Source: Mobula hypostoma
Lineage: Eukaryota
Length of the DNA stretch: 64,000 bases
NCBI RefSeq assembly: GCF_963921235.1
Contig: NC_086097.1
Span: forward strand, 9,982,001 to 10,046,000
Direction of reading: 5' to 3'
The stretch's first letter is position 1. Every line of letters starts with the position of its first letter. The translations under genes were made by a program, and so were the position numbers. Below are positions 49,153-62,464 of this stretch, one piece after another. The notes under the pieces were generated by a model. That model saw only the letters and a list, made by a program, of their open reading frames with translations. It had not been told where the DNA came from and did no database searches.

Positions 49153-52100
49153 ATGGTGATTCTTTTACAATGGAATGCAAGGAGCTTACTGGCCAATAGC
49201 CAGGAATTTAAGCACTTTATTAAAGAAATGGTTGTAAAACCAGATGTAGTGTGTATTCAGGAAACTTGGTTGAAACCCACTTTAGACTTTGTGGTATATG
49301 GGTATACAATGATAAGGAAAGATAGAAATCTAGGGGGAGGAGGGGGTTGTGCTATGTTAATCAAGCAAGGTATACCATATAGGGTACTGGCAAAAGGAGA
49401 TGATCAGGAATACATAGTGGTGAAAGTGTGGGAGAGAGGGGAGGGAGTGGTTGTAATTAACTACTACAATCCATGTAAAAGGTTGGATTTGGGCAGCCTA
49501 TTAAAGATACAAGGACAAAACAGACATAAAGTAGTGTGGTGTGCAGATTTCAATACTCATAGCACAATATGGGGGGATCAGATTACAGATCCAAATGGAA
49601 AGGTAATTGAAGATTTGATGGAAGAAAGGGATTTTGGTGTGTATGAATGATGGTAGCGGCACAAGGATAGATATAACAACAGGAACTGAGTCAGTGTTAG
49701 ATATTACGTTAGTGTCTAATACCTTGGCTGGCATTAGTAACTGGGGAGTTTGGACTGCTTCAACAGTAGGCAGTGATCACTACCCAGTTTTGTGTTCAGT
49801 GGGTGAAAGAGTTAAAGTAAGACCAGGTGGCGGAACCCCAAAGTGGGTGTTTGAAAAAGCTGATTGGGGTAAGTTGCAGAAATTGAGTGAAGAAGGGTTG
49901 ATATTTCTGGAAATGTAGATGAATTAAACAGTCAGGTGACTTCAGCAATTATCATGGCAGCAGAAGGATCTATACCTAGGAGTAAAAATAGGATGAATAG
50001 GAAAGTGGTACCATGGTGGACAGAGGAATGTTGTCAGGCTGTAAAAAACAGAAATGGAGCATTCAGGCTAGTTAAAAGAACCCATAATATGCAGCATTTG
50101 GTTCAATATAAGAAAGCACAGGCAGTGGTGAGAAGAACTATACGTCAAGCTAAAAGGGCAAGTTGGAGGAGTTTTTGCGACAAGGTAGGAAGAGCAACAC
50201 CTGTGGGAGAGATATTAGGAATGATTAAGAGGATGGGAGGAGATAGAAGGGAATGGGAATATCCAGTAATGATATCTGAGGAGGAAACTGCAGTCTCCAG
50301 TAGGGATAAGGCTGAGGTCATGGCCAAGTCATTTGTACTGATACACAGTTCAGAAAATCTGTCTGAAGAAGGGAAAGAATAATGAGCCAACACCCAGGTG
50401 TGTTAAGCAGGAGGGAAGGAACAGATGATATAATTGATGATCCATTTACATTAGCAGAAATGGTGAGAGCAATAAAGAGATCGAGACCAACCTCCCCAGG
50501 GAAAGATCTGCTATGCTCTGTGATGCTAAAAAATCTAGGAGAAGGAGCGCTCTTGAAGTTACTGCATTTTTATAACAGAGTGTGGGAGGAGGGAAGATTA
50601 CCAAGTGCATGGAAAGAAGCAGTAGTAATTCCAATAAGGAAGCCTGGCAAGGATCTGTCAAAACCCACTAGCTACAGACCAATTGCATTAATATCAAGTA
50701 TATGCAAGATAATGGAAAGGATGATAACAGAAAGGTTATCATATGAGCTTGAGAAAAGGGGAATGCTGGCAAGTTATCAGAGTGGTTTTAGAAAGGGAAG
50801 GAATTCCATGGACTCAGTGATTATGTTAGAGACTGAAATAAGGAAGGCCCAGGCAAATAAAGAGTCAGTAGTGGCAGTGTTCTTTGACATTGAAAAAGCG
50901 TATGATATGATGTGGAAGGAAGGATTATTAATTAAACTGCACAAGATGGGGGTTGGTGGGAGAGTTTTTAATTGGATTAAAGATTTTTTGTTTGGTAGAA
51001 AAATTCAAGTTCGAATTGGATCAGAATTATCAAAACAGTACATAGTGGAAAATGGCACACCTCAAGGTAGTGTGATTGGCCCGTTACTTTTAATCATTAT
51101 GATCAATGATGTCTTCACAAAGGTACCAGTGGATATAGGTAGGTCACTGTTTGCGGATGATGGGGCCTTGTGGAAAAGAGGCAGGAACATGGACCATATA
51201 ATCAGGAACCTACAAGAAGCAATTGATGAAGTGGTGGAGTGGGGTTATGATTGGGGATGTAGATTTTCAGTAGATAAAACCCAAACTGTATTTTTTACCA
51301 GTAAAAGGGTTGAGGTAGGGAAGAAGTTAAGGATGTATGGGGTTGAATTAGAAAGGGTTGCATCATTTAAATTTCTTGGAGTTATATTTGATTCACGATT
51401 AACATGGGCAGACCATATCAGGAAAGTTGAGGAGAAATGTAAAAAAGTAATAAATGTGATGAGATATTTGAATGGTAGGGAATGGGGAGCAAGTTGTTCA
51501 GCTTTGAAGAGAATGTATGTGGCTTTAGTAAGATCTGTATTGGATTATGGAAATATAGTATATGGATCAGCAGCTAGGTCTCTTATAAGGAAACTGGATG
51601 TGACTCAGGCTCAGGCCTTGAGAGTGTGCAGTGGGGCTTTTAAAACGTCACCAGTGTCAGCACTACAGGTAGAAATGGGAATAATGCCTTTAAAACTAAG
51701 AAGGATGCAACTGATGGCAAACTACTGGGCTAACTTGCAGGGGCACAATGATTCTCACCCTACTAAAGGAGTGTTGCAGGAGTGCTGGGAAAATGGGAGG
51801 TTTCAGAGGGATACCTTTAGTCGGGTAGGGAATGATATTGCGAAAGAATGTGGAGTATTTGATCTGAGGATAAGTCCTTCAGTAGTTTATCCAGTTGTAG
51901 CTCCATGGAAGCTTGTATGGTCTGACATAGACTGGCATTTGTTAGAGGTAAAAAGGAAAGAAAGATATAAAACAGATTTGGTAAATGCATTTAACTGTCA
52001 TGTGATGGAAAAGTATAGTGATTATACTCACATTTATACGGATGGTGCGAAGGAACCTGAAACAGGAGTGACAGGGTTTGGGGTGGTAATACCAGCAAAA

Positions 52101-52880
52101 GAAATTGGAATCAGCAGAAGAACATCTAATAAGTTAGGGGTGTTTACAGTGGAGATGCTGGCAGTGTTGGTTGCGTTGCAATGGGTGCAGAAAGCCAGAC
52201 AAGCCAAAGCATTGATATGTTCAGATTCATCCTCAGTTCTAGCAAGTTTAAGGTCTTTTCACACAAACAGTCGGCAAGATGTACTTTATGAAGTCCTTCA
52301 GTTAGTTACAAGAATTGCAAATCAGGGAGGTCAGGTAAAATTTCTATGGGTTCCAGCACATGTAGGGGTGAAGGGGAATGAGAGGGTGGATGAGTTGGTA
52401 AAGAGGGCGTTAAAGAAAGAAAATGTGGAAATGCACATTAGTATCAGTAAAGCAGAGGTTAAGTGTGTAATCTGGGAAAAAGTCAACTGAATGTGGCAAG
52501 AAAGATGAGACAGGGAGGGGAAAGGGAGGCATTTATATCAAATACAAAGGAGTGTTGCAGTTACTAGGGTAGGTAGTGGAAACAGAAGAGAGGAAATTGT
52601 GTGGACTAGGTTAAGGCTGGGACACTGTGCATCAAACAAAACATTGAAAATGTTAGGGAAACACCAGACAGGATTGTGTGAGGAATGTCAGGAAGAGGAG
52701 TCAGTAGAACATGTAGTTCTGAGTTGCAGGAAGTATGGGATACAGAGAGAGATGATGAGAAATAAATTAAGGGAGTTGGGGATGCAGGAATTCACATTAA
52801 AAGGGTTGCTGGGCATGGGTGAGAGAGCACAAGTCCGGATATTTTTAGTGTTTTTAAGGGGTACAGGGTTTTTTTTATAG
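49153..52880 (+). pseudogene. Nimb ORF2: APE endonuclease, RT, RNase H, C-terminal CCHC; several frameshifts and stops
   Basis: LQWNARSL, IQETWL, DFN, SDH; FFDIEKAYD, PQGS, FADD; YTDGAK, ICSDS, WVPAHVGVKGNERVD; CEEC...EHVVLSC. Confidence 0.93.
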
Positions 52881-53439
52881 AATATGACGAATAAACAGGA
52901 ATAGGATACTAGGATGGTCAAAGATGGGAGGGTGAAGTGTAGATTTGTATATATATGTGTGTGTGTATGTGTGTGTGATCGGGTGAAGGGATTTAGAATG
53001 TATGTCTAGTGCACATTCTGGAGCAGAGGCTGGCGGTAATGCACCATTAAGCTGGATGTCAACCGCTGTAAAACAAGATACGGACAGACAGACATTCTCT
53101 GCCAGTTTGTTTCAGTTCTGACCTGTGTCGTTCTAGCCTGTCATTGCGACTTCTGCCAACTGATTTTGCCTGATTCTGTGTTTTGGATTTTGCCCGTTCC
53201 TGGACCTGATTTTTGCCTGTATGCTCTGGATTGTCTGCCCTCGCCTGACTGCCTTTCCGGGTAAGACCTCTGCCTGCCATTTTGGATACGTGCCTGCCTT
53301 CTGTTTTTGAAAGACTGCTGCCTTTGTGCTCCCTAATAAATCCTGGTGAAAAAGTATTCATTGGTCTGCACTTGAGTCCCACCGAAACCCGACAATTTCC
53401 AATGGTGGGAGAGTCTAGAACAAAAGGGCACAGCCTCAA

Positions 53440-54590
53440 GGTGCCACACATGAGGTTGCTTACCAAGTTAAGAGCCTGTGGTATTACAGGAAAGTTACTA
53501 ACGTGGTTAGAGCATGGGCTGATTGGTAGGAGGCAGTGAGCTGGAATAAAAGGATTCTTGACTGGTTGGCTGCCAGTGACTAGTGGTGTTCTGCAGGGGT
53601 CAGTATTGGGACCACTTCTTTTTATGATGTATATCACTGATTTAGATGATGAAATAGATGGTTTTGTTGCCAAGTTTGCAGATGATATGAAGAATGGTGG
53701 AGGAGCAGGTAGTGTTGAGGAAGTAGGTAGGATGCAGAAGGACTTGGACAGGTTAGGAGACTGGGCAAGAAAGTGGCAAATGAAATGTATTGTTGGAAAA
53801 TGCATGGTTATGCACTTTGAAAATAGAAATAAATGTGTGGACTATTTTCTAAATGAGGAGAAAATCCAAAAATCTGAGATGCAAGGGGACTTGGGCGTCC
53901 TTGTGCAGAACACTCTAAAGTTAACTTGCAGGTTGAGTCAGTGATGAGAAAGGCAAATGCAATGTTAGCCTTCATTTCAAGAGGTCTAGAATACAAGAGC
54001 AGGGATGTGATGCTGAGGCTTTATAAGGCACTGGTGAGGCCTCACCTTGAGGATCATGTACAGTTTTGGGCTTCTCATCTTAGAAGAGATGTGCTGGCAT
54101 TGGAGAGGGTCCGGAGGAGGTTCACAAGGATGATTCCAGGAATGAAATGATTAACATACGAGGAATGTTTGATGGTCCTGGGTCTGTACTCACTGGAATT
54201 TAGAAAGATGAGGTGGGATCTCATTGAAACCTTTCAAACGTTAAAAGGCCTGGATAGAGTAGATATGGAAAGGATGTTTCCCATGATGGGAGAGTCTAGG
54301 ACAAGAGGGCACAGCCTCAGGATTTTAAAACAGATGCGGAGAAATTTCTTTAGCCAGAGGGTGGTGAATTTGTGGAATTTGTTGCCACGTGCAGCTGTGG
54401 AGGTCAGATTGTTGGGTGTACTTAAGGCAGAGACTGATGGGTTCTTGATTGGACATGGCATCAAAGGTTACGGGGAGAAGGCCGGGAACTGGGGTTGAGG
54501 AAGAGATAGAAAAATGGGATCAGCCATGATTAGTGGAGCAGACTCGATGTGCCAGACGGCCTAATTCTGCTCCTTGTCTTATGGTATTTA
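53440..54590 (+). mobile_element. CR1 3' fragment
   Basis: GVLQGSVLGP, KFADD, LVRPHLE, RNFFSQRVVNLWN. Confidence 0.9.
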
Positions 54591-55036
54591 GGTACTGTGG
54601 TAACATTACCTTGATGTTGTGTTTTTCCTGTGTGAGCTGGTGCACATTGGTCCTGAAGAATGTTGTTTCAATTGGTGTGTATAGTTGAATGATGGTAAAC
54701 TTGAATTTGAACTTGGCACTGGAGGCATGTTTGAGAGAAGAATTGTTCATGACCCATTCAGACATATTCTACTGGGAGCTTGGACCGATCACAAATTTCT
54801 GGGCCAAAGAGGAATGGCATGACACAAAATTAGTACATGCCCGCTTGTTATGTTACTTGTGTTACTATATAGTATATCCCTACAATGAATATAGTGGGTA
54901 AATCCTTTTCTGGACATGAACTGTATATATCTGATATCTTGCTTTCATCAGAGCTATGATAATGCATTGGCTGCATTACTGGATGAATGCAACAATTCTG
55001 GACTATTGATTAAAAAACATGACCTTGAATCCGCAG

Positions 55037-55828
55037 TCCTTGGAAGCAGAACAAGTGCTACACATGCCCTTCCACTTCCTCTCTCACCACTATTCAGGGC
55101 CCCAGAAAGTCCTTCCAGGTGAGGTGACACTTCACCTGTGAGTCGGCTGGGGTGATGTACTGCGTCCGGTGCTCCCAATGTGGCCTTCTATATATTGACG
55201 AGACCCAACGCAGACTGGGAGATTGCTTTGCTGAACACCTACGCTCTGTCCGCCAGTGAAAGCAGGATCTCCCAGTGGCCACACATTTTAATTCCACATC
55301 CCTTTCCCATTCTGATATGTCTATCCATGGCCTCCTCTACTGTAAAGATGAAGCGACACTCAAGTTGGAGGAACAACACCTTATATTCTGTCTGGATAGC
55401 CTCCAACTTGATGGCGTGGACATTGACTTCTCTAACTTCTGCTAATGCCCCACCTCCCCCTCATACCCCGTCTGTTATGTATTTATATACACACATTCTT
55501 TTTCTCTCTCTCCTTTTTCTCCCTCTGTCCCTCTGACTATACCCCTTGCCCATCCTCTGGTTTCTCTCCCCCCCCCCCCCACTTTTCTCCCTAGGTCTCC
55601 TGTCCTATGATCCTCTTGTATCCCTTTTGCCAATCAACTGTCCAGCTCTTGGCTCCATCCCTCCCCCTCCTGTCTTCTCCTATCATTTTAGATCTCCCCC
55701 TCCCCCTTCCACTTTCAAATCTCTTACTAGCTCTTCTTTCAGTTAGTCCTGACGAACGTCGACTGTACCTCTTCCTAGAGATGCTGCCTGGCCTGCTGCG
55801 TTCACCAGCAACTTTGATGTGTGTGGCC
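55037..55828 (+). mobile_element. Penelope 3' fragment (GIY-YIG + pLTR)
   Basis: Homologous to 31770-32568. Imperfect TSD tgaccttgaatccgcag / tgactttgaatcccacag. Confidence 0.9.
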
Positions 55829-56559
55829 TGACTTTGAATCCCACAGTTTTAAATTGAGAATTTAAATCTGAGCCAATACGGTAGTATTTTAACCTAACTT
55901 TAAGAAGGTAATCATTAAATTACAAAGTTGGAAGTCTCTCAAATTCACCTGGACCTGGTCTTTATGTGACTACAGACCTATTGAGTACATTGATATGCCA
56001 CAAAAAAAGCAACATCCAACATCAAGGACCACCACCACCCAGGCCAAGCTCTCCTCTCTCTGCTAGCATACCACAGAACATACAGAACCCTAAAGTCCCT
56101 CACCACCTAGGTTCAGGAATAGTTATTACTCTACAACCATTAACCAGCTTGGATAACTTCACTCACCAGAACTCTAAACTGGTTTTACAACCTACAGACA
56201 CACCTTCAAGGACTCTACAACTCATGTTCTCAGTATTTTTTAATATTTGCTCAATTTGTGGGTTTTTTGCACATTGGTTGCTTGTCAGTCTTTGATTATA
56301 TATGGTTTTATATAAATTGTTGTATTTCTTTATTTTTCTGTAAATGCCTGCAAGAAAATGAATCTCAAGGTAGTATGGTGTCTTAAATTAACATAAATAA
56401 ATATATTGACTTTTAGATTTTGACATTCATTAAAATTATTGACTCAAGGTGCTTCTCCAGTTTAGGGGCAATTAGAAATGAAAGATAAGTGCCAGCATTT
56501 CCAGTCCTTTCCCATCCTAAAAGTGTTAATGCCCATGCAGCAGCATGACTGTCTAATAA

Positions 56560-57170
56560 TTGAGGCCTTCCACTGGTCAAGGTTAACCATGGATATTGCA
56601 TCCCAGCTGTCTACATGATATGCAGCCCAGTAGGCAAGCCAGGGCAGTACAAAATGGAGAGCGAGCTGTTGCCCATGCATCAGGCCTCGCCTCTCCATGC
56701 AGCTGATGAACCCAAAGGAACATCAGAGATTGAAGCAGTTTGACACCAGCAGCATTGCAGCAGTTGTGAGTCAGAATTGAACTTAATGTAGGACTGATTA
56801 GGAACTCCAACTCCGGATTTTTCCCCCCAAGGATTACTCCTGAAGCCTGTTCCATGAGTGGTTATAGCCACAAGGTAGCAATGGTTTGATTTCAGAGATT
56901 TCCTTCTCCTAGATGAGCTGCCAATCATGGCTAATGAGCCCCATCTATCTGAAGTGACTGATTTTGAGGTACCAGTAGCTTTTCTTTTTCCCCTTCTCTT
57001 GTCAGTAGAAACAACTCCACATGGCTTAGTAGCTAAGCCACACATGCAGGCCAAGAGCTAGACTTGGTTGTCAGAGGCTATTTGAGACACATACCATTGG
57101 GAGCATTTAATAGGTAATGGGAGCTTGTCCCCACTAACTCCACTGGTTACATCAACCTTAAGGAACCATC
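56560..57170 (-). mobile_element. RTE-derived non-autonomous element
   Basis: Reverse complement aligns with 15975-16500. Confidence 0.65.
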
Positions 57171-57442
57171 TAATAATTACAAAAGCACAAACAATAAACT
57201 TGTGAACTTCCTCATGAGTTCTCCTTTAGAAGGATAGTATAACATTTAGTACTTCACAACAACCTCCATTACAATTTTCAAAATGACCTCCTTACCTTTC
57301 ATACTTCAAGATAAAATGAGTCATCACTTATTAATACTACTTCACAAAGCTTAGAAACATCTTTGTATTGCCATTGAACAAGTATAAAAGAAATTGGAAT
57401 GAAATAATGTATTATTTTCTATTCTATACGCATTTCCATTAC

Positions 57443-57602
57443 CTGCATTAAACCTGAAGTATGAATTATTGGTATAAGTTCTCCAAATGAACCAAAAATT
57501 TGAATTGCAAATATGGTTTAAAAGTTTATGATCATGGGCCATCTTCCCTCCGTGGTGAGTGTTTGCTTCCACAGAACATAAGGTGAATTCTTGATACAGG
57601 TC
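57443..57602 (-). CDS. Weaker candidate coding exon
   Basis: AG|gac...gcag|GTAATG, 160 bp, one open frame: DLYQEFTLCSVEANTHHGGKMAHDHKLLNHICNSNFWFIWRTYTNNSYFRFNA. Weak polypyrimidine tract. Confidence 0.35.
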
Positions 57603-57616
57603 CTTAATAATGCAAT

Positions 57617-58200
57617 TCAGAAACAGTATCAGGTTTAATATCACTGGCATATGTTGTGAAATTAGTTATTTTTAGCAGCAGTACAGTGCAATACATAATA
57701 AAGGAGTAAATTAATAAAATAAATTTCAATAAGTACATGAATAAAATTAAGTAGTGCAAAAAGAGAGGGGAAAAAATTACTGATATAGTATTCATGGGTT
57801 AATTGTCCATTCAGAAATCTGATGGTGTAGGGGAAGAAGCTGTTCCTGAAATGTTGAGTGTATGTCTTCAGACTCTTGTACCTCCTCCTCAATGGTAGCA
57901 ATATTTTGGGTTGTGTAGATCCTTAATGATGGATGCTGCCTTTTTGAGGCATCACCTTTTGAAGGTGTCCTCAGTGCTGGGGAGACTAGTGCTCAGGATA
58001 AAGCTGGCTGAGTTTACAACTTCCTGCAGTTTTTTTAAAATCCTGTGCTGCAGCCCTTCCATATCAGATGGTGATGTAGCTGTTAGAATTCTCTCCATGG
58101 TCCATCAGTAGAAATTTGCTAGAGTCTTTGTGACATACCGAATCCCTTCAAACTCCTTTTCCTGATCCAGTGCAGTGGCCCCTCCATACCAGACAGAGTA
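57617..58200 (-). mobile_element. Decayed Rex1/Babar 3' fragment
   Basis: RRRYKSLKTYTQHFRNSFFP and a 3' UTR like 5380-6400. Confidence 0.7.
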
Positions 58201-58782
58201 GATGGAATTGAATTGTAAATGAATTAGCATCAGACTGAGTCAAGTGAGTGGTTGAATTGTCGATTACTATTTACAGGAATTGCTCAGCTCTTGCTGTCAA
58301 GTGTATGATAACTCTATCCATTCAGAATCTCCATAGATTCAAGCATATAATTTTTCTAATTAATAACAAAACATTTGTAAATACTAATGCAGAAGCAATA
58401 ATAAAATCTAAAAAGAACCTAATGGTAATCAATATTGACGGTCACAACATGTTTCTTCTTTAATTGTATTTATTTATTTAGAGATACAATGCAGAACAGG
58501 CCCTTCTGGCCCAACAAGCTGTGTCACCCAGCAACCCACCTACTTAACGCCATCATCATCACAGGACAATACACAATGAACAATCAATTCACTAACCAGT
58601 ACATCTTTGGACTGTGGGAGGAAGGAAACCCATGTGGTCACAGGAAGGATGTATAAACTTCATAGAGGTGGCATTGGAGCTGAACTCCAACCTTTGATGC
58701 TCCAAGCTGTAATTGCATCGCGAAACCTTGTGGCTCTTTTACTTGTGTATTTATTGAGACTAGCCTTTCCGGCCCTTCGAGT

Positions 58783-59527
58783 GACTATAGTCATAGTCAT
58801 ACTTTATTGATCCCGGGGGAAATTGGTTTTCGTTACAGTTGCATCATAAATAATTAAATAGTAATAAAACCATAAATAGTTAAATAGTAATATGTAAATT
58901 ATGCCAGGAAATAAGTCCAGGCCCAGCCTATTGGCTCAGGTTGTCTGCCCCTCCAAGGGAGGAGTTGTAAAGTTTGATGGCCACAGGCAAGAATGACTTC
59001 CTATGACGCTCTGTGTTGCATCTTGGTGGAATGAGTCTCTGGCTGAATGTACTCCTGTGCCCAACCAGTACATTATGTAGTGGATGGGAGACACTGTCCA
59101 AGATGGCATGCAACTTGGACAACAACCTCTTTTCAGACATCACCATCAGAGAGTCCAGTTCCATCCCCACAACATCACTGGCCTTACGAATGAGTTTGTT
59201 GATTCTGTTGGTGTCTGCCACCCTCAGCCTGCTGCCCCAGCGCACAACAGCAAACATGATCGCACTGGCCACCACAGACTCGTGGAACATCCTCAGCATC
59301 GTCCGGCAGATGTTAAAGGACCTCAGTCTCCTCAGGAAATAGAGACGGCTTTGACCCTTCTTGTAGACAGCTTCAGTGTTCTTTGACCAGTCCAGTTTAT
59401 TGTTAATCTGTATCCCCAGGTATTTGTAATCCTCCACCATGTCCACACTGACCCCCTGGATGGAAACAGGCATTGCCAGTACCTTAGCTCTCCTGAGGTC
59501 TACCACCAGCTCCTTAGTCTTTTTCCC
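58783..59527 (-). mobile_element. Rex1/Babar 3' fragment inserted into a V-SINE (SINE parts ~58740-58782 and 59528-59752)
   Basis: 192-aa ORF 58928-59506. (atgact)n tail. SINE head and tail flank it. Confidence 0.9.
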
Positions 59528-60417
59528 AGCAAAGCCCCAATTTAATCCTAATTAAAATCAGGACAATTTACAAAAACCAATTAACCTACCAACCAGTATG
59601 TCTTTGGACCATGGGAGGAAGCTGGAGCACCCGGAGGAAACCCACGTGGTCATGGGAAGAACATACAAGCTCCTTACAGGTGGCAGCAGGAACTGAACCC
59701 AGGTTACCTGTACTGTAATGCGTTCTGCTAACCACTACTCAACCATGCTGCCTGGATTTTGCTCATAGGATATTCACTGAGAAATTTGGTTTGCATCAAA
59801 TTACTATAAAATCGAGACCTTAGCTTCTCCATAAGAAAACTGCTTGGCTTTCAATCAATTTAAGTACTTACAGGCTTAAGTCAACAGAACATAGGCTGAC
59901 ATACACAGTAGCATTTTAATCAGAGCAGCAAAGCATTAGTTTTCATACTCTACTAATTTATCTTTCCCACTTTGAAACATTATAATGATGGAAGTTCTCT
60001 CAATATTATGAAAAGGAACAGTCTCTCTCATAGACTGAAGAAAACAAATGTTTTATAGATTGTGAGTGCAGTCAACCTGTTTAGAGGTTTCTTCCTTTCA
60101 CTTTTTCTCTCGGTTTGCTCTGCTTGTCAGCCACAATAAAGATGTAGGCAGCCTCCTCTTCCATGACGGATAATATTTCAATAGCAAAGTGCCTTTATAC
60201 TGAGCTGTTTCCAACACAGTAATGTGAGTGGCCTTACAGGTAGGTGATCAAACTCAGTCAAGGAATGCCTTAAAGGAGGTGAAAGAGAGGCAGAAGGCAG
60301 TGAAATGCAGAGGAGGAGATTAAAAGCTGAAATGGCAGTGGGGTTGTGGTTTAAAATCATGAATAGTGAGTGGATGAGGATAGGAGTACAGAGACTTGGT
60401 GAGTGGGGGTAGGAGGA

Positions 60418-62080
60418 TGAGGCCTTCTGTGGGTCAGGGTTGACCGTGGATGTTGAGTCCCCGCTCACCACGTGATATGCAAGCCAGGGCAGTATGATAT
60501 ACTTTATTGTCGCCAAACAATTGGTACTAGAACGTACAATCATCACAGCGATATTTGATTCTGCGCTTCACACTTCCTGGATTACAAATATTAAATATAA
60601 AAAAATATTTAAAATAGTTAAAATTAGTAAATATTAAAAAATTAAATTATAAATCATAAATAGAAAACAGAAAAATGGGAAGTAAGGTAGTGCAAGAAAA
60701 CTGAGGCAGGTCCGGATATTTGGAGGGTACAGCCTGGATCAGGGTCAGGATCTGTTGCCCATGTAGCCAGCTCTCCCTCTCCATGCAAAGAGCGGCAGAG
60801 ATCAATACAGTCTGGCACCAGTGGGATCACAGGCGTTGCAGGCCAGCGTTGAACTCAATGTAGTTTCACGTGACCGGCAACTATGAATATAGAATTGAGT
60901 CAGGTTTTATAAAAACAAAACATTTATTAAACTCTGATCAACAATAGCGAAAAATATTCAAACGACTAACTTAACCGGAAGTTAACTGCTATACGGCAAC
61001 TCTGGATCAGTTCTTAAAAAGGTAAATGCGAAAGCAGTTCTTAAAGTGGTAAATCTGAGCACAGTTCTTAGAATGGTAAATTCAAAAGTCCAAGAGACTT
61101 ATACAGTCAACTAGGAGAGTCTTTCCTGAAGTATAGAATTCCTCGAAGATGTGATGTTACAGCTGATCCCAGTTGGAACCTGCCTTGTCCGCAGGATTCA
61201 CAACGACGAAAATAAAATGGTTTAAAGGAACTGACCTTTTCCTCTGGAGAATAGACACTGCACTATCCTTCCTACTTTAGCAGGGGATATCTCAGTTGCA
61301 GGTCACTTTTTCTTGAACGAAGATTCAATAAAGGTCGATCCTCTCCAAAACTGCCAAACGATATCAGCTTTACTCGACTCAGAAAATTCCTGTACTTTAA
61401 GGTTTTCACTCTCCAATACTACTTACAATAGAAAGTAGAACTCCACTTTAAAACAAAACTGTGTCATAAGCCGAATACGCAGCATAGCAGAGTATCTGAC
61501 TGACGATCTAAACTGAAAACTAACTGCGTCACCAGGGGTCTCCCTTTTATATACCTGTGGTGAACATGTCATCATGTGACCTCACATAGGTGGGAAAATT
61601 ACATCATGTGACCTCCACAAGACCATTACCTCATGCTCATCAGATACTCAATTACATCATGGTCATAAGACAGTCACAAGATATTCATGAGGTATGTAAC
61701 AGTAGGACGGCCTTGGCGACTTCAACTCTGGATAGTTCCTTGGAGTTTACTCCCAAAGCCTTCTCCAGGAGTGTGTAAAGCTGCCAGGCAGTTGAGATTT
61801 GAGATCAGAGTTTTCTTTGTAGATGAGTGGACAACCACAGCTGACAAGCCCCAATTGTCCAAATTAATTGGCTTTATGGCACCAATAACTTATCTTACCC
61901 CTTCTTCTGTCAGTAGAAAAGGTCCCACTGGGCTTCGTAGCTAAGCCACACATGAAAGCCAGGAGCTGGGCTTGGTTGTCAGAGGCTATTTGAGATGCAT
62001 GCCACTGGAAGCATTTAATAGGTAGTGGGAGCTTATCCCTCCCACCTTCCCTGACTATGACAACCTTAAGGAACCAGGAG
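60418..62080 (-). mobile_element. RTE-derived non-autonomous element carrying two nested insertions (~60500-60750 fragment and a solo LTR)
   Basis: Pieces align collinearly with 56560-57170. Confidence 0.65.
60864..61701 (-). mobile_element. Solo LTR (838 bp)
   Basis: t(t)tcacg...tgtaaca ends. 4-bp TSD gtag at 60860-60863 and 61702-61705. Minus-strand TATATAAAA ~61545-61553 and AATAAA ~60923. Confidence 0.82.
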
Positions 62081-62464
62081 TAGGGGGAATGTAACAATGA
62101 TCGTCACGCACACACACACACAACTGCTAATATGAACATCCATCAAGTTTTAAATAACCTGTATGCAGATTACTCAATTAGCCTGACAAAGTTCAACCCT
62201 GGAAGTTAAAAATTCATGCTCACAGTATGTCAGTACATGACTGCACTTCCAGGGAAGCAGTCTGCTGAACAACATGAAACTTTAATTGAGGGTAGATTGT
62301 TCCCTTACCAAGTTTCAAACTAACTGTGGACCCTGGGCTTGTTGTCTGAATTTTACAAGGTTTTGACAAGAAAGTTATGAAATCAATTAGAATTACTTCT
62401 AATAACTTAAAACTCATTCCAAATTAACTCTTACTTTAAATGGAGAATGTGGTTAAGCAAAGAG

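Larger units (their letters stand above)
47774..53092 (+). mobile_element. Near-full-length I/Nimb-clade LINE
   Basis: Two ORFs. 3' ggcggtaatgcacc...aaccgctgtaaaac tail. 10-bp TSD cattctctgc at 47764-47773 and 53093-53102. Confidence 0.92.
47541..53394 (+). mobile_element. Solo LTR (~525 bp: 47541-47773 + 53103-53394), Gypsy-like, split by the Nimb LINE
   Basis: TGTTA...GACA ends. TSD gtttcc/atttcc within a CR1 fragment. TATA-like atttaaa 47742-47748; AATAAA 53335-53340. Confidence 0.8.

Noticed and set aside
54952..55036. Plus-strand exon-like segment SYDNALAALLDEC
   Set aside because: Runs into a Penelope TSD with no donor site, and lies on the opposite strand from the better exon candidates.
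62220..62417. Minus-strand ORF with GTAAGG/GTGAGC donors
   Set aside because: Weak acceptor, phase incompatible with the next candidate exon and no recognisable homology.
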